Shown: positions 10,569 to 18,602 of the stretch, one piece after another
How positions within the stretch are numbered: the stretch's first letter is position 1
How the letters are laid out: each line of letters starts with the position of its first letter
Assembly: GCA_964620475.1 (NCBI GenBank)
Contig: CAZUJN010000003.1
Coordinates: forward strand, 5,647-69,646
Length of the DNA stretch: 64,000 nt
Origin: an uncultured Candidatus Saccharibacteria bacterium
GTDB taxonomy: Bacteria; Patescibacteriota; Minisyncoccia; Phycocordibacterales; CAIZLB01
Direction of reading: 5' to 3'
Made by a program: the position numbers and the translations under genes
Notes under the pieces: model-generated
Seen by the model: only the letters and a program-made list of their open reading frames with translations
The model's database searches: none
Told to the model about the DNA's origin: nothing

Positions 10569-10680
10569 GTCATGAGTCAGAGATCTCTGCTGCGGACGCA
10601 TCCTTCTGGGAGGTGGGATGATAGCTACAGAAAGATCTCAAAAAGCCGGTCCCGTGTAAACGCGGGTCCGGCGATTTTTT
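10569..10680 (+). ncRNA. Candidate small RNA (~110 nt, GC-rich) with its own promoter and terminator
   Basis: TTGACT (10535-10540), 16-nt spacer, TGaTATATT (-10 at 10557-10562). A 110-nt GC-rich segment with the palindrome CAGAGATCTCTG, ending in a hairpin plus T7 (10646-10680). Confidence 0.25.
10646..10680. terminator. Bidirectional rho-independent terminator (pepF on the minus strand; sRNA candidate on the plus strand)
   Basis: GCCGGTCCCGtgtaaaCGCGGGTCCGGC hairpin flanked by A-runs and T-runs on both sides. Confidence 0.5.
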
Positions 10681-10683
10681 TAT

Positions 10684-12462
10684 TTAAAACAACTTCTCCA
10701 CTTCACTCAAATCCTTCTCTATTTTCTTTAAACCTTTTAAGAAGAAATCTGGTTTCGTTGTGTCTATACCAATACTTTTAAATATATCTTCAGGTGACAT
10801 AGATCCGCCAGCACTTAAAAACTTTTTAATTTTCTCTACAAACTTTTTATCTTTTTTATATTCTTCATATAAAGCATTAGATATAAGTTGACCATAAGCA
10901 TATGTATATACATAGAAAAATACACGAAAATGAGATATATAAACATAGGCATATCCATCCAAGTTATTTACATCCACAGCATCACCAACATAAGAACGAC
11001 GACAGTCAGCAAACATCTCAGCTAATTCTTCATGTGATACATAACCTTTTTTATTTATTGCTTCATGTATTTTTTCTTCATATTTAAAATATGCTATTTG
11101 AGCAAATATTGAAAACACATTGTCTTGTATCTTTGTAATCATCAAATCTCTTTTTTCTTCAGGCTTAGCTATTTCTAATAGATTATCAAATAATACATTT
11201 TCAAAAAAAGTCGATGCCACTTCAGCTACTGATATAGGATATTCTTGATAAACAGGATCTTGTTTTTTTGATAAATCAGAATGTATAGCATGACCCATCT
11301 CATGAGCAAGTGTAGCCACATCGTTCAATTTATTTGTATGATTCAACATCACATATGTAGGCACACCTGTCATAGGTGAACAAAACGCACCACTACTCTT
11401 ACCCACCCTTGGATAAACATCTATTTGTCCATTTTCTAGATAGGAATCCAATATCTTGGCAAATTCAGGATCTATTTGATTAAATGAATTTCTAACCAGT
11501 TCAACAGCTTTATTAAAATCAATCTTGGTCTTAGCGCCTTTAGCTGTAGATAATCCTGTGGCTAATTCGGCTATAGTTATTTTCTTATCTTCACTTTTTT
11601 CTAAAGTATTTAATATTTTAGCTTTAAGTTTAAAAAATCTATGAGATATGTGATTGTTTTTAGTCACTACATTTACCAAGTTTTCTATAGATTTTTTATC
11701 ATTTCTAAAATCCATAATAGTGCCCTCATATGGCTTAGTAAAACCACGAAGATTATCATCTATCTTTTTATTTTGTATAACAGCATTTAACTCTGCTTCA
11801 GCCACAAAAGAGATTTCTTTATATTTTTCCATCACCAATTTATGTAACGCTCTTCTATCTTTTCGAGGAAGATCTGCTTTTATACCCATAGCCTCAGACA
11901 ATGATAAAGTCTTACCTTTGAATGCTACAGTTTGAGCGTTTCGATTCTTGTTAGCAAAATCTTCCCAAGAACTATGAGCCACCCTAGCTTTATCTGTTAA
12001 AATCTTTTCTTCATTCTCAGATAGCATGTGTTTACCTTGTTCAAAACGAGTTTTCAAAAGATAATGATACTTACTTAAAGTTTTATCCCTTAAATATTTA
12101 TCTTGTAAATTTTTATCCATCTTTGATAAAGCTAAGTCGAAGAACAAAACTTTTTTATAACTTTTCAAATATTGATCTGAAAATTTATTCATCTTAGCTT
12201 GAATATCATTGTTGGCTGTATTGATAGCCTGTTCAAGGTGTAAATACCATAGAGGTATGGTAGAACAACTCAAGGCTGTGTCATTATAATCATTTAAAGC
12301 CTTAAGTAATGTTTTTGAAGATTTGATAAATTTTTTATCTTGATATTTTTTGGCAAAATCAGAAAGTATTTTATCTATCTTTTTTATATCCCTTTCTATT
12401 TTAGGATCATTTATACCTTTATATATTTTTGAGAAGTCCCACTCTGTTTTGATATTTGTCAT
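10684..12462 (-). CDS. pepF: Oligoendopeptidase F (M3B family)
   Basis: HEMGHAIH zinc motif; size and overall sequence typical of PepF. Confidence 0.85.
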   Translation of the reverse strand: MTNIKTEWDFSKIYKGINDPKIERDIKKIDKILSDFAKKYQDKKFIKSSKTLLKALNDYNDTALSCSTIPLWYLHLEQAINTANNDIQAKMNKFSDQYLKSYKKVLFFDLALSKMDKNLQDKYLRDKTLSKYHYLLKTRFEQGKHMLSENEEKILTDKARVAHSSWEDFANKNRNAQTVAFKGKTLSLSEAMGIKADLPRKDRRALHKLVMEKYKEISFVAEAELNAVIQNKKIDDNLRGFTKPYEGTIMDFRNDKKSIENLVNVVTKNNHISHRFFKLKAKILNTLEKSEDKKITIAELATGLSTAKGAKTKIDFNKAVELVRNSFNQIDPEFAKILDSYLENGQIDVYPRVGKSSGAFCSPMTGVPTYVMLNHTNKLNDVATLAHEMGHAIHSDLSKKQDPVYQEYPISVAEVASTFFENVLFDNLLEIAKPEEKRDLMITKIQDNVFSIFAQIAYFKYEEKIHEAINKKGYVSHEELAEMFADCRRSYVGDAVDVNNLDGYAYVYISHFRVFFYVYTYAYGQLISNALYEEYKKDKKFVEKIKKFLSAGGSMSPEDIFKSIGIDTTKPDFFLKGLKKIEKDLSEVEKLF

Positions 12463-12503
12463 AAGGCTGATTTTAGCATGTTTTTAAGGGTTTTTTAAAC
12501 CAC

Positions 12504-12532
12504 TTGCATGATTTAATATATGGTGGTATATT
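12504..12532 (+). promoter_or_regulatory. Sigma70-like promoter (TTGCAT, 17 nt, TGgTATATT)
   Basis: -35 TTGCAT at 12504-12509; extended -10 at 12524-12532. Confidence 0.35.
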
Positions 12533-12539
12533 ATTGAAG

Positions 12540-12851
12540 TCACTGTAGACAAACTGAACTTAACCCCAATTGCAACATGAACCAGAAATTCCGTATCCTC
12601 AATACCTCACCTTACCTCGCCGCCGGCACCGCCGCCTTGAACACCAAGAAATCATCGACCTCGTTCTGCGGCACCGGTACGGCCCCGTCCGAACACTCTG
12701 GCTGCTCCTGCGGCGGTTCCGGGTGCTCCCGGTGCCAATGCAACGGCTAACGGTCATCAAGGCCGACAAGCCGAAAGGCATTGGAGAAATCCACAACGAC
12801 CTCACGGTCAAACCCCACGTGTGGGATCCTCGGATCCCCACGCTTTTTTTA
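12540..12851 (+). ncRNA. Unclassified ~300-nt GC-rich (about 60% GC) structured RNA candidate upstream of xth
   Basis: Compositional island with long-range complementary segments (GGCACCGG...CCGGTGCC). Ends in a GTGGGATCCtcGGATCCCCAC hairpin plus T7 terminator at 12821-12851. The ORF finder fuses it in frame to xth only because the GC-rich sequence lacks stop codons. Confidence 0.3.
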
Positions 12852-12878
12852 TTTCCTAAATATAGTAAACTTAAATCC

Positions 12879-13646
12879 ATGAAAATAATCACATGGAATG
12901 TTAATGGTCTACGTGCTGTATGGCGTAAAGGAGAATTTCAAAACCTTATCAAAAAACAAAAACCTGATATACTCGCCATACAAGAAACTAAATCTCACAT
13001 AGAACAACTTGAAGATGACACAAAAGATCATGCTGGATATTATTCATACTTTGAATCAGCAACTATGAGAAAAGGATATTCTGGTGTGGCTATATATTCC
13101 AAAGAACATGCCAAGAAAGTAACAGGCACATTGGGTGACAAAAATTTTATAGACGATGAAGGCAGAACAATTATAGCTGAATATGAAAAATTTTATTTAA
13201 TGAATTGTTATTGGCCAAATGGCGGAAAATCTCCTGAACACTTTCAATACAAACTTGATTATTATGATAAATTTTTAGCCTTGGCTAAAAAACTTGAAAA
13301 GAAAAAACCTGTAATATTTTTAGGTGATATAAATGCAACTGTTGCCGACATAGATCTAGCTCGTCCAAAAGAAAATAAAGGACAGCTTGGATGTACCGAC
13401 GATGAGAGAAATAGACTCGCAAAATATTGCAAAGATTTTATAGATGTATATAGAGATAAATATCCCGAAAAGCAGGAATACACTTGGTGGGATATGAAGA
13501 CTAGAAGTCGTGAGAAAAATGTAGGTTGGCGTATTGATTATATTTTCATAAGTAAAAGTTTAAAAAATAAAGTTAAAAGTATAAAAATACTTGGAGATAT
13601 GATGGGATCTGATCACTGTCCGGTGATGTTAGATATAGAGTTATAA
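12879..13646 (+). CDS. xth: Exodeoxyribonuclease III (AP endonuclease)
   Basis: MKIITWNVNGLRA...ILAIQETK... and C-terminal SDHCPV are ExoIII motifs; start placed at the conserved Met. Confidence 0.9.
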   Translation: MKIITWNVNGLRAVWRKGEFQNLIKKQKPDILAIQETKSHIEQLEDDTKDHAGYYSYFESATMRKGYSGVAIYSKEHAKKVTGTLGDKNFIDDEGRTIIAEYEKFYLMNCYWPNGGKSPEHFQYKLDYYDKFLALAKKLEKKKPVIFLGDINATVADIDLARPKENKGQLGCTDDERNRLAKYCKDFIDVYRDKYPEKQEYTWWDMKTRSREKNVGWRIDYIFISKSLKNKVKSIKILGDMMGSDHCPVMLDIEL

Positions 13647-13666
13647 TGTAAGGGTTTTTATATTAC

Positions 13667-13696
13667 TTGACAATAGTATATATTATGTGCTATAAT
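13667..13696 (+). promoter_or_regulatory. Near-consensus sigma70 promoter (TTGACA, 18 nt, TGcTATAAT)
   Basis: -35 at 13667-13672; extended -10 at 13688-13696; predicted TSS about 13703. Confidence 0.6.
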
Positions 13697-13702
13697 ATAT
13701 AC

Positions 13703-13903
13703 ATGTTCAGAACCCTTACATTGATTGTGGTCTTAGCAGCAACTGCCCAGGCCATCGCCATCATCGGAGAGTCTAACCGCTCTCCACAAAACCAAACCGG
13801 GTCCGTGGACCCAATCAATGCCCACTTCAACATGGGCAAACTCTGGGACCAACAATAGTCCCAAAAACCAACCTCGACACCCCCCGGTCGACGGTTTTTT
13901 TTA
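13703..13903 (+). ncRNA. ~200-nt GC-rich transcript: either a structured sRNA (6S-sized) or a leaderless mRNA for a 51-aa signal-peptide protein (MFRTLTLIVVLAATAQA...)
   Basis: Strong promoter directly upstream; the ATG sits at the predicted TSS. Four or more local hairpins (GGAGAG..CTCTCC, GGGTCC..GGACCC, GCCCA..TGGGC, GGGA..TCCC). Terminator hairpin plus T8 at 13873-13903. Confidence 0.3.
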
Positions 13904-13904
13904 T

Positions 13905-14420
13905 TTATGCCTTCCTCGTATCATAAGCCCAGTGAAGTAATGCCTGCCTTTGTCTTCTTCTACAATTCACATCCCCTACTCTACAATTATGAACTATCTG
14001 TGCTAAATGCCTTCGCATCATTTTCCATCTTTTTATTTGTCTTTGATCTTCATCAGGAATTCTTCTACCCATATAATATCGACAATACCACTGAAACCAA
14101 CCTCGAGGATCTTCTTCATATATCCAACCTTTTTCTCTCCATACTTTTAAAGGTTGACTAGCATTAACTTTGAAATAATTAATATCTTTATCACGTTTAT
14201 TACTTTTATCATCAACAAACTTAGCCTTTTCAAACCAATCTTTAGGAAATTCTTTTTTACAATCACGCATATATATACCACCAAATACACCTAAACTTAA
14301 CATCTCTTTCGGCGTTAATTGGGGTCGAAAATCTTTATCAAAATTTTTACCAATTTCTTCTGTTAAAAAATATTGATAATTTTTCTGCATTTTATCATTT
14401 ACAATGACTTTCTTTTTCAT
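13905..14420 (-). CDS. Hypothetical protein (W/Y/R-rich conserved core)
   Basis: 171-aa ORF; the 3' end overlaps the GC-rich terminator region. Confidence 0.55.
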   Translation of the reverse strand: MKKKVIVNDKMQKNYQYFLTEEIGKNFDKDFRPQLTPKEMLSLGVFGGIYMRDCKKEFPKDWFEKAKFVDDKSNKRDKDINYFKVNASQPLKVWREKGWIYEEDPRGWFQWYCRYYMGRRIPDEDQRQIKRWKMMRRHLAQIVHNCRVGDVNCRRRQRQALLHWAYDTRKA

Positions 14421-14668
14421 ATATTTATATTAAATATTTTATCACGATTTGTTGATCCCGAAATTAATTCTATATTAGATTTTGATGTATTAAAATATTT
14501 AGCCAATGCTTTTATAACAGCCTCATTGGCTTTACCATCTTCTGGAACCTCTTTTATCCAAACTTTATATGTATCCATTTTATTTTCTAAAAAATCAAAT
14601 CCTTCTTGTGGGATTTTTTCAACTTTTTCTTCTTTTGAAAATGGTTTTGCTTTAACTAGGATTTTCAT
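14417..14668 (-). CDS. DUF167/YggU-family small protein
   Basis: KVWIKEVPEDGKANEAVIKALAKYF...ISGSTNRDK resembles the UPF0235 pattern. Confidence 0.6.
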   Translation of the reverse strand: MKILVKAKPFSKEEKVEKIPQEGFDFLENKMDTYKVWIKEVPEDGKANEAVIKALAKYFNTSKSNIELISGSTNRDKIFNINI

Positions 14669-15221
14669 GTTTCTGATGTATCTTACCCCACACTATTAGC
14701 GGAATAATTATTATCACAGTTGATAATAATATAAACGGCATATTAATAACCAACTCTCCAAAATAATAAATCATGAACCCTAATGGTGCAGTCACAATCA
14801 AAGTCGCGAAGAAATAAGTTGAGTATTTTATCTTAGTTAATCCCGCTACATAATTTATAATGTCAAAAAATGGACTCGAAACGAATCTCAAAGTAATCAA
14901 GCCGAGAAACTTTTCTTTCTCAGAAAGTTTATCTTCGAATGAGTGTATTTGTTGTATGGGTATAAACTTCTTTAGAAATGGCTCTCTAAATCTTCTACCA
15001 ATATAAAATGAAATCATCGAGGCTATCATAATAGCAATCTCAGCCAATATAAATCCATAAAACCAGCCAAATATAGCTATACCTATGGTATCAAGTAAAA
15101 GTCCTGGTATAGGCGGAATAATAACTGGTATAGTTCTAACTATAATAAATATAACTGGTGCAGCTATAGGATAATCTATTAATATTTGTTTAAAAAATTC
15201 AAGCATAATTTTATTTATCAA
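14652..15221 (-). CDS. DedA/TVP38 (SNARE-associated) family membrane protein
   Basis: Polytopic; the RFVSSPFFDIINYVAGLTKI motif region. Confidence 0.65.
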   Translation of the reverse strand: MINKIMLEFFKQILIDYPIAAPVIFIIVRTIPVIIPPIPGLLLDTIGIAIFGWFYGFILAEIAIMIASMISFYIGRRFREPFLKKFIPIQQIHSFEDKLSEKEKFLGLITLRFVSSPFFDIINYVAGLTKIKYSTYFFATLIVTAPLGFMIYYFGELVINMPFILLSTVIIIIPLIVWGKIHQKHENPS

Positions 15222-16062
15222 ACATTGTTAATAAATATTGATCTATAAATTTTTGATCAAGATTATAAAAATATATTCCATCTTGATGAAGTTGTGTAGC
15301 TAAAGGTACACCAACGAAACGCCAATGCCACGGTTCATAAGCATAATAAGTATTGCCTTTTGGATATGACAATACAAATCCATATTTATATGCATTATTT
15401 TTCAACCATTCAAATTCTCTGGTTGTATCAAATTTATAATTAAGATTTGGCATAGATTTTGTAGCCAAATCAACAGTAGTACCAAGTTGATGCTCTGAAT
15501 AACCCTGCTCTGCTACAAAACGATTTGCAGTATTTGCTCCATAAGTCATCTTATTTTGAGTCTTAAGGGTTGCCTGTGTGCCAAAAGATCTATAAGCAGA
15601 AACAACAAGAGGTTCGACGCCTTCTTTTCTAGCATCATCTATCATTGAAGTTAAAAATGGTAATACATTTGTATGTAATTTATACTCAACATTTGTATTT
15701 AAAATATAATCGGAAGGTATTTTTTCGACACTAACAGGAGAATAATTTTCATTTAAAAAATAAACTTTGGAATATTTTTTTAGAAGTTGAGGATCTGATT
15801 TTGCAAGTTTGTCTAGATTTATAACTTTATCTTGTAAATCTTTATTCTTTTTACTTTCTTCAGCTATCACTCTTGATAATGTTGAATATAAATCATTAAA
15901 AGATTCTCTCGATGTGTTTGTTATATCATTTAATGATTTTATACTTTCCTCATATAAAGAAAGTTTTCTGGATAAAATTCCAGCACGATATTCATTAATG
16001 AAGATGTATGAGATAAGAAGCAACAAGATGATTATAGAAATAATTATTCTAGATTTTTTCAT
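15211..16062 (-). CDS. D-alanyl-D-alanine carboxypeptidase, VanY/M15B family
   Basis: SEHQLGTTVDLA (SxHxxGxAxD) and EPWHWRF motifs; N-terminal TM. Confidence 0.75.
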   Translation of the reverse strand: MKKSRIIISIIILLLLISYIFINEYRAGILSRKLSLYEESIKSLNDITNTSRESFNDLYSTLSRVIAEESKKNKDLQDKVINLDKLAKSDPQLLKKYSKVYFLNENYSPVSVEKIPSDYILNTNVEYKLHTNVLPFLTSMIDDARKEGVEPLVVSAYRSFGTQATLKTQNKMTYGANTANRFVAEQGYSEHQLGTTVDLATKSMPNLNYKFDTTREFEWLKNNAYKYGFVLSYPKGNTYYAYEPWHWRFVGVPLATQLHQDGIYFYNLDQKFIDQYLLTMFDK

Positions 16063-16085
16063 ATTATTTTATTATAGCAAATAGT

Positions 16086-16135
16086 GTAATAAAAAAGCAC
16101 ATGAACCCTTGTGGGGTGCATGTGCGTTTGACGGA
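16086..16135 (-). terminator. Terminator hairpin module, copy 1 of a duplicated ~45-bp element
   Basis: AAAAAGCACATGAACCCttgTGGGGTGCATGTGC; on the minus strand this reads as a hairpin plus T-run after gene 16153..16893. Confidence 0.6.
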
Positions 16136-16152
16136 CCAACCGTCATGACGAT

Positions 16153-16893
16153 TCACATCTTGGCATCTTCAATGGCGAGGCCGATAACCTCGATGTATTT
16201 CTTGAGGAGGTCTTCTCCTCCTTCCTTTAGGCGCCGCCCAGCGAACTTGGCGACGTCTTTATCCGGAAAAGCTTCGAAGACCTTATCCTCAAGATCCCAT
16301 TGATTTGGGGTCTTGGTGAGTTCACCGGCGCGGATGCGCTTGGCAATCTCATCAGCGGGCAAGTTATTCTCAAGCCAAATCTCGGCGAGACTAAAGTCTG
16401 AAACGATATCTCCCTCAAGCCACTTCTTGTATTTCTCCTGATTCTCCTTCTGGAGCATCAACTGGAAAGACACATTAATAGTGGAGAGAGTTCGACGAAG
16501 GTTATGCTGTTGTTCTTCGGGAAGTTTTTTGAATTCTTCCTTGAAACGAGGCTGGATTGCGAGGTAGGTATCCTTCAACTTAGAACCGTCGAAGAAGTAA
16601 CCCTTGATACGAGCGACAACAATGGTTCGACCTTGGAGATAGGATTCCCAGCCGTCTTTGTCCGTGACCCCGAGATTCTCATATGTCACATCACGGGCCG
16701 AATAATAGAGACCGTGCCCAGTCTCCTTCATTCCATACTCCTTTGCAGACTTCCAGAGTTCGTCGAACACCCGTTCGACTAGCAACTCTTTGACCGAGAA
16801 GGCCAAGAGTTTGCTAATGAGACCTTCGGCGATTTGCGCGCCGGTGACGGTGAGAACAAGAGCGGCAGTGATAGCGACAATCAGTTTTTTCAT
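16153..16893 (-). CDS. Secreted hypothetical protein encoded by a GC-rich (about 50% GC) gene
   Basis: Signal peptide MKKLIVAITAALVLTVTGA; its composition is clearly atypical for this genome. Confidence 0.65.
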   Translation of the reverse strand: MKKLIVAITAALVLTVTGAQIAEGLISKLLAFSVKELLVERVFDELWKSAKEYGMKETGHGLYYSARDVTYENLGVTDKDGWESYLQGRTIVVARIKGYFFDGSKLKDTYLAIQPRFKEEFKKLPEEQQHNLRRTLSTINVSFQLMLQKENQEKYKKWLEGDIVSDFSLAEIWLENNLPADEIAKRIRAGELTKTPNQWDLEDKVFEAFPDKDVAKFAGRRLKEGGEDLLKKYIEVIGLAIEDAKM

Positions 16894-16975
16894 GATAGTG
16901 GTTGGTTTTGGTTGTTGATGTTTCTGACTCTAATATTATACTATATTTAGAACCTAAAGTCAATAGTATAAACCC

Positions 16976-17218
16976 TTATAAAATAAAGAAAAAAGCACAT
17001 GAACCCTTATGGGGTGTATGTGCGTTTGAAGCGAGGACTGGCCATGAACACTTTGAGAAATGTTCCCAATCACTGTTATCTGTTCTGAGCTCCATTCTTT
17101 TGTTGACCTTGAAGAAGCGATAGCCTTGATACCAAATGACAGCGTGGGATTGCATGGTCGACGACAAAATCCAGATGAGGGCTAAGATGAGAGTTTTCAT
17201 ACCCTGTTTATATTGCAT
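16976..17218 (-). CDS. Small secreted hypothetical protein (start likely at the internal MKTLIL)
   Basis: Signal peptide MKTLILALIWILSSTMQSHA. The C-terminus runs into the terminator hairpin, so the true stop is uncertain. Confidence 0.35.
   Translation of the reverse strand: MQYKQGMKTLILALIWILSSTMQSHAVIWYQGYRFFKVNKRMELRTDNSDWEHFSKCSWPVLASNAHTPHKGSCAFFFIL
16985..17033 (-). repeat. Terminator hairpin module, copy 2 (near-identical to 16086-16135)
   Basis: AAAAAAGCACATGAACCCttaTGGGGTGTATGTGC; it overlaps the 3' end of ORF 16976..17218. Confidence 0.6.
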
Positions 17219-17488
17219 GAAAAGAGAAATAAAATCAATATTATAATAATATGACCAAATTTAGTAAATCCTTCTCGAGCACTTTCACCACCTCTCTCTA
17301 ATTGGTGAGCCTTCTCGTGATAGAACCAAGTGGTTCATTACCCAGTAAGGCTATTTTTAGTAATTTTTAGATATTGGATTGACCCTTCTCGGGAGGTATA
17401 AAAAGTGACAAAAGTGACACGGGATAGACTATAAAGTTACAGTTTGATGTCACAAAATAATAATTAAAAATATCTAATGTTTTAATTA

Positions 17489-18448
17489 TTACTGCATATT
17501 CTGAACACAGCTTATCATCCAACCACTATCATTTTTCCTTAAAGTTATCATCATTTTATCAGATACTTTTTCTTGATTTCCTAAAATCATTTGACCTGTA
17601 AGATGAACATAAGCCCAATCTTCATTTATACTTATATGTGTTATATTATTTTCTCCTTCAAATTTTATTTTATCAAAATTAATTCCAAACATCTCTTTGT
17701 CAAAATTATGATCTTCAGAATAGATATAATTTACAGTATCAGAACATACAGATTGTAATTTTTCAACATCTTTTTTGTTAAAAGCATCAAAATATAAATC
17801 AATGACCTTCTTAACTTGTTTTTTGTCATCAATATCTTTTTTGGACAAAATAATATATTCATATACATCAAGATTTGATATAGTGTCAATTTCTTTAACG
17901 TCTTCTTTATAATAAAGTTTTAATGTGTCTATATTAGATTTTGCCATATTAAAATATATACCTTTTTCACAGTGATTAAAAACTAAAAATTGAGTATCGT
18001 CGTTTAATTGTTCAATATATTGATGTATCAATACTACATTTACAGAACTATTTATAATTTTATTAAATATATCATCTTCATATTTCTGACAATCATCTAG
18101 TATCAGATATGTTTTTTCAGATAATTTGCCCGACTCTATCTTTGAAAGCATGAATTTATTTGCAAGTTTAATCGCCTCATCTTCACCTATTTTTCTTCTG
18201 TCAAAAACAATGTGCAGATTTTTATTTTCAATATAGGTATTTTTTATATCATCTTCGTTTTCTATATATACTTTTTCTAATAGATTTGAATCCACGACAA
18301 TGTCATCAAAAGCTGAAAGGTATATAACATTTTTATTATTTTTAATAATTTCTTCAATTTGATTTTTTACAAAATAAGTTTTACCGGTACCAGCCCTTCC
18401 CATTATGTGTGTAAGTTTACTATTTAATAGTGATTGATTTGTTTGCAT
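17489..18448 (-). CDS. P-loop NTPase fused to a C-terminal NTF2-like (SnoaL/DUF4440-like) domain
   Basis: Walker A GRAGTGKT, Walker B YLILDD. The C-terminal ~110 aa has a hydrophobic alpha+beta cone pattern (DLYFDAFNKKDVEKL...DWAYVHLTG...DSGWMI). Confidence 0.65.
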   Translation of the reverse strand: MQTNQSLLNSKLTHIMGRAGTGKTYFVKNQIEEIIKNNKNVIYLSAFDDIVVDSNLLEKVYIENEDDIKNTYIENKNLHIVFDRRKIGEDEAIKLANKFMLSKIESGKLSEKTYLILDDCQKYEDDIFNKIINSSVNVVLIHQYIEQLNDDTQFLVFNHCEKGIYFNMAKSNIDTLKLYYKEDVKEIDTISNLDVYEYIILSKKDIDDKKQVKKVIDLYFDAFNKKDVEKLQSVCSDTVNYIYSEDHNFDKEMFGINFDKIKFEGENNITHISINEDWAYVHLTGQMILGNQEKVSDKMMITLRKNDSGWMISCVQNMQ

Positions 18449-18469
18449 GTGTTTATTATAACATTTTTA

Positions 18470-18479
18470 CCCCCCCCCC
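18470..18479. repeat. Homopolymeric C10 (G10 on the coding strand), 22-31 nt upstream of the ATPase-NTF2 start codon
   Basis: ACCCCCCCCCCA read directly from the sequence. Confidence 0.9.
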
Positions 18480-18602
18480 ACAAGTAAAAATTATATATAA
18501 TCAAATTAACTATTAAAAAATACCTTTTTCAAAAATTCTGTAAACGCATTCATTTCTTCTTGAAACTTATGTAGTCTTTCAGCAAATCTTTAGGTAATAA
18601 AG

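Noticed and set aside
10436-10683. T-box riboswitch leader upstream of alaS
   Set aside because: Expected for an aminoacyl-tRNA synthetase gene in Firmicute-like genomes, but no T-box consensus (AGGGUGGNACCGCG) or specifier hairpin was found on the alaS strand.
12570-12892. 103-aa N-terminal extension of xth and the antisense 97-aa Arg-rich ORF
   Set aside because: The conserved ExoIII N-terminus starts at 12879. The extension lies in a 60% GC segment with its own promoter and terminator, so both open frames are by-products of GC richness.
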